Source: Mustelus asterias (Eukaryota). Taken from it: a DNA stretch of 64,000 nucleotides. How positions within the stretch are numbered: the stretch's first letter is position 1; the number at the start of each line of letters is the position of its first letter. The position numbers and the translations under genes were made by a program. The DNA lies in contig NC_135830.1 in the NCBI RefSeq assembly GCF_964213995.1, positions 9,672,001 through 9,736,000 on the forward strand, given 5' to 3'. Of the stretch, positions 60,251 through 64,000 are shown piece after piece. A model generated the notes under the pieces. The model was not told the origin of the DNA and made no database searches. It saw only the letters and a list, made by a program, of their open reading frames with translations.

Positions 60251-60849
60251 AAGCATTTATATTTGAAGGGGAAATCACTCCATTTTTGCCCAAGAGCCTA
60301 GAAAGATTGTTATCCTGTGAGATACTGCCTCAGTTCAGGGTTTATTGGGAAAAGATTTAGACTTTTCCAAAAGTTCTCTGAAACAAAATGTATTGATTTT
60401 GGAGCATTGATTGGAAGTGTCTGTCTATCCCATTGTGTAGATTTTTAAAAAAAATTCATTTATCAGATGTGTGCATCACTGGCTGCACCAGCATTTATTT
60501 CCCATCCCTAATTGCCCTCCGTTTCAGAGGACATCTAAGAGTCAACCACATTTCTGTGGCTCTGGAGTTGCATGTGGACCAGACCAGGTAAGGATGGCAG
60601 ATTTCCTTCCCGAAAGGACATTACTGAACCAGATGGAGTTTTTCCGATAATCGACAATGGTTTCATGGTCATCAGTAGATTCTTAATTCTCCATTTTTTT
60701 ATTGCATTCAAATTTCACCAGCTGCTGTGATGGGAAGTGTGTGTGACATTCAGGAGAGTGAACTTAAACTACACTTTGGTCATTGATTTGAATTGTGTGT
60801 CTATCTCATTTGTGTAGAGTTAAAACTACAATTTGGGTATTGATGGAGT

Positions 60850-61160
60850 CCAGAACTAGGGGTCATAGATTGAGGATAAGGGGTAAAGCTTTTACACCTT
60901 TTTGAGGTGAGGAGAAATTTCTTTACCTAGAAGGTGGTGAATGTGTTGAATTCATCATCACAAAATATAGTTGAGGCCAAAATGTTGTCTGATTTCAAGA
61001 AGAAATCAGATATAGCTCTTGGGGCTAAAGGGATCAAGGGATATGGGGGGAAGGGGATCAGGATATTGAGTTTGATGATCAGCCATGAGCAAAATGAATG
61101 GCGGAGCAGGCTCGAAGGGTTGAATGGCCTACTCCTGCTTCTAGTTTCTATGTTTCTAAA
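60850..61160 (+). mobile_element. CR1 3' end
   Basis: RTRGH...FF..VVN.. reading and GAATGGCGGAGCAGGCTCGAAGGG..GAATGGCCT tail. Confidence 0.8.
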
Positions 61161-61374
61161 TGTGTGTCTATCATTGTGCAGTGTAAATTTAAACTACGCT
61201 TTAATAAAGGGGACAGTTATCGGCTTACTGATTAGAGATTTTATAGTGGGGAATTATATAGTCGGTGATATTGTTTTTCATGTTCTGAAACCATGTTCAC
61301 GGTTCAGAAGATGTTCCTGTGAGTAAAACAATCCCTCATCTATTTGTGCTCCAGTGAAGCAACAAATTTCTTCA

Positions 61375-61933
61375 CCCAGAGGTGCCTCTACTTTCTCAGA
61401 AGACGAAGGAAACTTGACATATCAGCTACGACTCTCACCAACGTTTACAGATGCACCATAGAAAGCATTCTTTCTGGTTGTATCACAGCTTGGTATGGCT
61501 CCTGCTCTGCCCAAGACCGCAAGAACTACAAAGGGGGTTGTGAATGAAACCCAGTCCATCACGCAAACCAGCCTCCCATCCATTGAGTGTCAACACTTCC
61601 CGCTGCCTCGGAAAAGCAATCTGCATAATTAAGGACCCCACGCACCCCGGACATTCTCTCTCCCACCTTCTTCTGTCAGAAAAAGATACAAAAGTCTGAG
61701 GTCCCATACCAACCGACTCAAGAACAGCCTCTTTCCTGCTGCCATCAGACTTTTGAATGGACCTACCTCACACTAAGTTGATCTTTTGCTACACTCTAGC
61801 TATGACTGTAACACTACATTTTGCACACACTCCTTTCCTTCTCTATGAATGGTATGCCTTGTCTGTATAGTGCACAAGAAACAATACTTTTCACTGTATA
61901 TTAGTACATGTGACAATAATAAATCAAATCAAA
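61375..61933 (+). mobile_element. Rex1/Babar-like LINE 3' end
   Basis: LYFLRR...TNVYRCTIESILSGCITAWYG; TGACAATAATAAATCAAATCAAA tail. Confidence 0.78.
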
Positions 61934-63182
61934 CTAACATGAGTAAAGATATTGATATCCACCCTGGTAATGGACAATGCAGAGGCAGGAAAAGTGCTGG
62001 AAACATTTCAAGATAAAAGTCCACCACCAGAGGAAATAAGACCTCAAATAGTGAATGACAATTGACACTGAGTAGCTGCTATTGCTGAGACAGAACAAGA
62101 AATAACAACAACAGGAGTTCAGAGAAATGGACAAATTATTTTAAAAAAAATATTTAAACCCCCCCCAATGATTGGAATGAGTAGTTTGTGAGTGATGAGG
62201 AAGATTCAAAATGTTAGAAAACAAAATGAAAGTCCAGAATGAAGAAGCTTCGACATCGCTGGAAAGAAATTAAATAAAACTCAATCTGAATTAGATCAGG
62301 AGAAACTCCAGGATTATGAAATGTTCAAAGAACAAACAGGAGCAGCAAACCATTTTGCTTAAACATCAGAAGTATTTGAATGACATTCTGGAAATGGTGA
62401 AGAAAATTTGGACCAATGACCTACAGCAGATTAGCGTGTGGAATGAGAACAAAAGTCTGACCATTTATAGACAGGGGCTGGTAAATGAAAGTTTTACCTT
62501 GGAGAATAACTGGAGCTGAGGAGAATTCTCCCAAGGGACAGTGGTATGTTTATTGTGGTCTAGACAGAAATAAATAACTTCCAGATTGTGCCTTGTGAGA
62601 GAATCTGGGCATGTAAAAAGTAAACCTGAACACATCACACACAGTTATAAATAATAGTGTTAAATTAAAAGAATTAAAACAAAATAGTATTATGTACAAT
62701 AAAGTTCATTTTGGTAAAAAGAATTGTGTAGCTTTGTTGGTTTAAAGAAGGTATTCAGCTTTCTTTAATGAGGAAGTGACAATGCCAAGGCCGGACCTTG
62801 TTTCCTCCTTGGTCGAAATGTAACCCCTGTCCACATCTCCACTTCATTCTTCCACTGGTCTTATGGTTCAGACTCCGAGAACATCGGTGGGAAATCAGAC
62901 CCTGACAATTCCCACTCACTTTCAGCCATCCTCACAAAAGCTGCTGGGATTGTAATCTTCTGCCTGAAATTTTATTTTTCTTGAGTTTCCAACATTCAGC
63001 AAGAATTCTGTGACCATCTATTATTCCTGACAGTCTTATGGTGAAGGAAGAAACTGGAGCCAATCTTTACTTGGAATAGATTTATTCAGAGTGAAACATG
63101 ACAGGTGTATACCTCCTAAAGTAACTCGTTGTTAGTCTCCCTTTCTATGTAGTCGCTCAATTGATGCGATTAACAGCCACAG

Positions 63183-64000
63183 TCAGAGCATCGAATCACT
63201 GTAACTGCCTTGGTGTCTCAGCAGTTTGGATGAACAAGTGAATCCCTGCCCACACACAGCAGGTGAATGAATCTCTGCGTTATGAAATCGTTGGTGTCTC
63301 AGTAAATTGGATAAATCATTGAATCCTTTCTCACACACGGAGCAGGTGAACGATCTCTCCCCATTGTGAACTCGCTGGTGTGTCTGCAGGTGGGATGACT
63401 GAGTGAATCCTTTCCCACACTGAGAGCAGGTGAATGGCTTCTCCCCAGTGTGAACTCGTTGGTGTCTCTGCAGGTTGGATGAATCACTGAACCCCTTCCC
63501 ACAGTCAGAACAGGTGAATGGCTTCTCCCCGGTGTGAACTCTCTGATGTCTCAGCAGATCGTATGACATTCTAAAGCTCTTTGTGCAGTGAGAGCAGCTG
63601 AACGGTCTCTCCTCAGTGTCCAGCAGCACAGATTGTATGAAGCAACTCCCACAGTCAGAGCATTTAAAATGTGTCTCATTGGTGTGGGTGCCTCGTTGTC
63701 CCAGCAGACTGTCAGACTGACTGAATCCCTTCCCACGCACGGAGCAGGTGAATGGCGTCTCCCTGGTGTGAATGCGTCGATGTCTCACCAGATTTGATGA
63801 CTGAGTGAATCCCCTCCCACAGTCAGAGCAGCTGAACGGCCTCTCCCCGGTGTGAATGCGCTGGTGTGTCAGCAGGAGGGATGAGTGAGCGAATCCCTTC
63901 CCACAGTCAGAACAGGTGAACAGCCCCTCACCGGTGTGAAAGCTCTCGTGATTCCTCAAAGCAGATGCCCGTGTGAATCCTTTCCCACACTGAGAGCAGG
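63183..64000 (-). CDS. C2H2 zinc-finger array L, 3' part (runs off the window), several damaged fingers
   Basis: Frame stays open to the window edge; about 7 intact fingers plus Cys/His-loss and in-frame deletion fingers. Confidence 0.75.
   Translation of the reverse strand, partial: CSQCGKGFTRASALRNHESFHTGEGLFTCSDCGKGFAHSSLLLTHQRIHTGERPFSCSDCGRGFTQSSNLVRHRRIHTRETPFTCSVRGKGFSQSDSLLGQRGTHTNETHFKCSDCGSCFIQSVLLDTEERPFSCSHCTKSFRMSYDLLRHQRVHTGEKPFTCSDCGKGFSDSSNLQRHQRVHTGEKPFTCSQCGKGFTQSSHLQTHQRVHNGERSFTCSVCEKGFNDLSNLLRHQRFHNAEIHSPAVCGQGFTCSSKLLRHQGSYSDSML

Overview
Eukaryotic, repeat-rich vertebrate DNA, most likely a shark or other elasmobranch, judged from the HE1/V-SINE-like, DeuSINE-like and CR1 repeats. 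The window is a cluster of tandem C2H2 zinc-finger genes with no visible effector domain: nine arrays on both strands (six with long intact ORFs, two frameshifted, one running off the right end) plus three relics. Most copies share one cassette: a conserved intron/3' splice module, a leader made of dead fingers, an ATG formed inside a finger linker (accATG-EKPWKC), the finger array and a conserved QGLDSAV-type tail. Duplicated CpG-rich promoter modules (CCAAT, GC box, NRF1-, YY1- and CRE-like motifs) lie between genes, sometimes inverted. Intergenic DNA holds tRNA-derived SINEs, CR1, L2, Rex1-like and Tx1-like LINE fragments, a solo LTR and two Penelope-like families. The Penelope-like ends carry minimal hammerhead ribozyme motifs, with a compensatory base change between two copies. 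Several local inverted or direct duplications are present. No CRISPR array, rRNA or true tRNA gene was seen. All coordinates were read by eye, and repeat boundaries are approximate.
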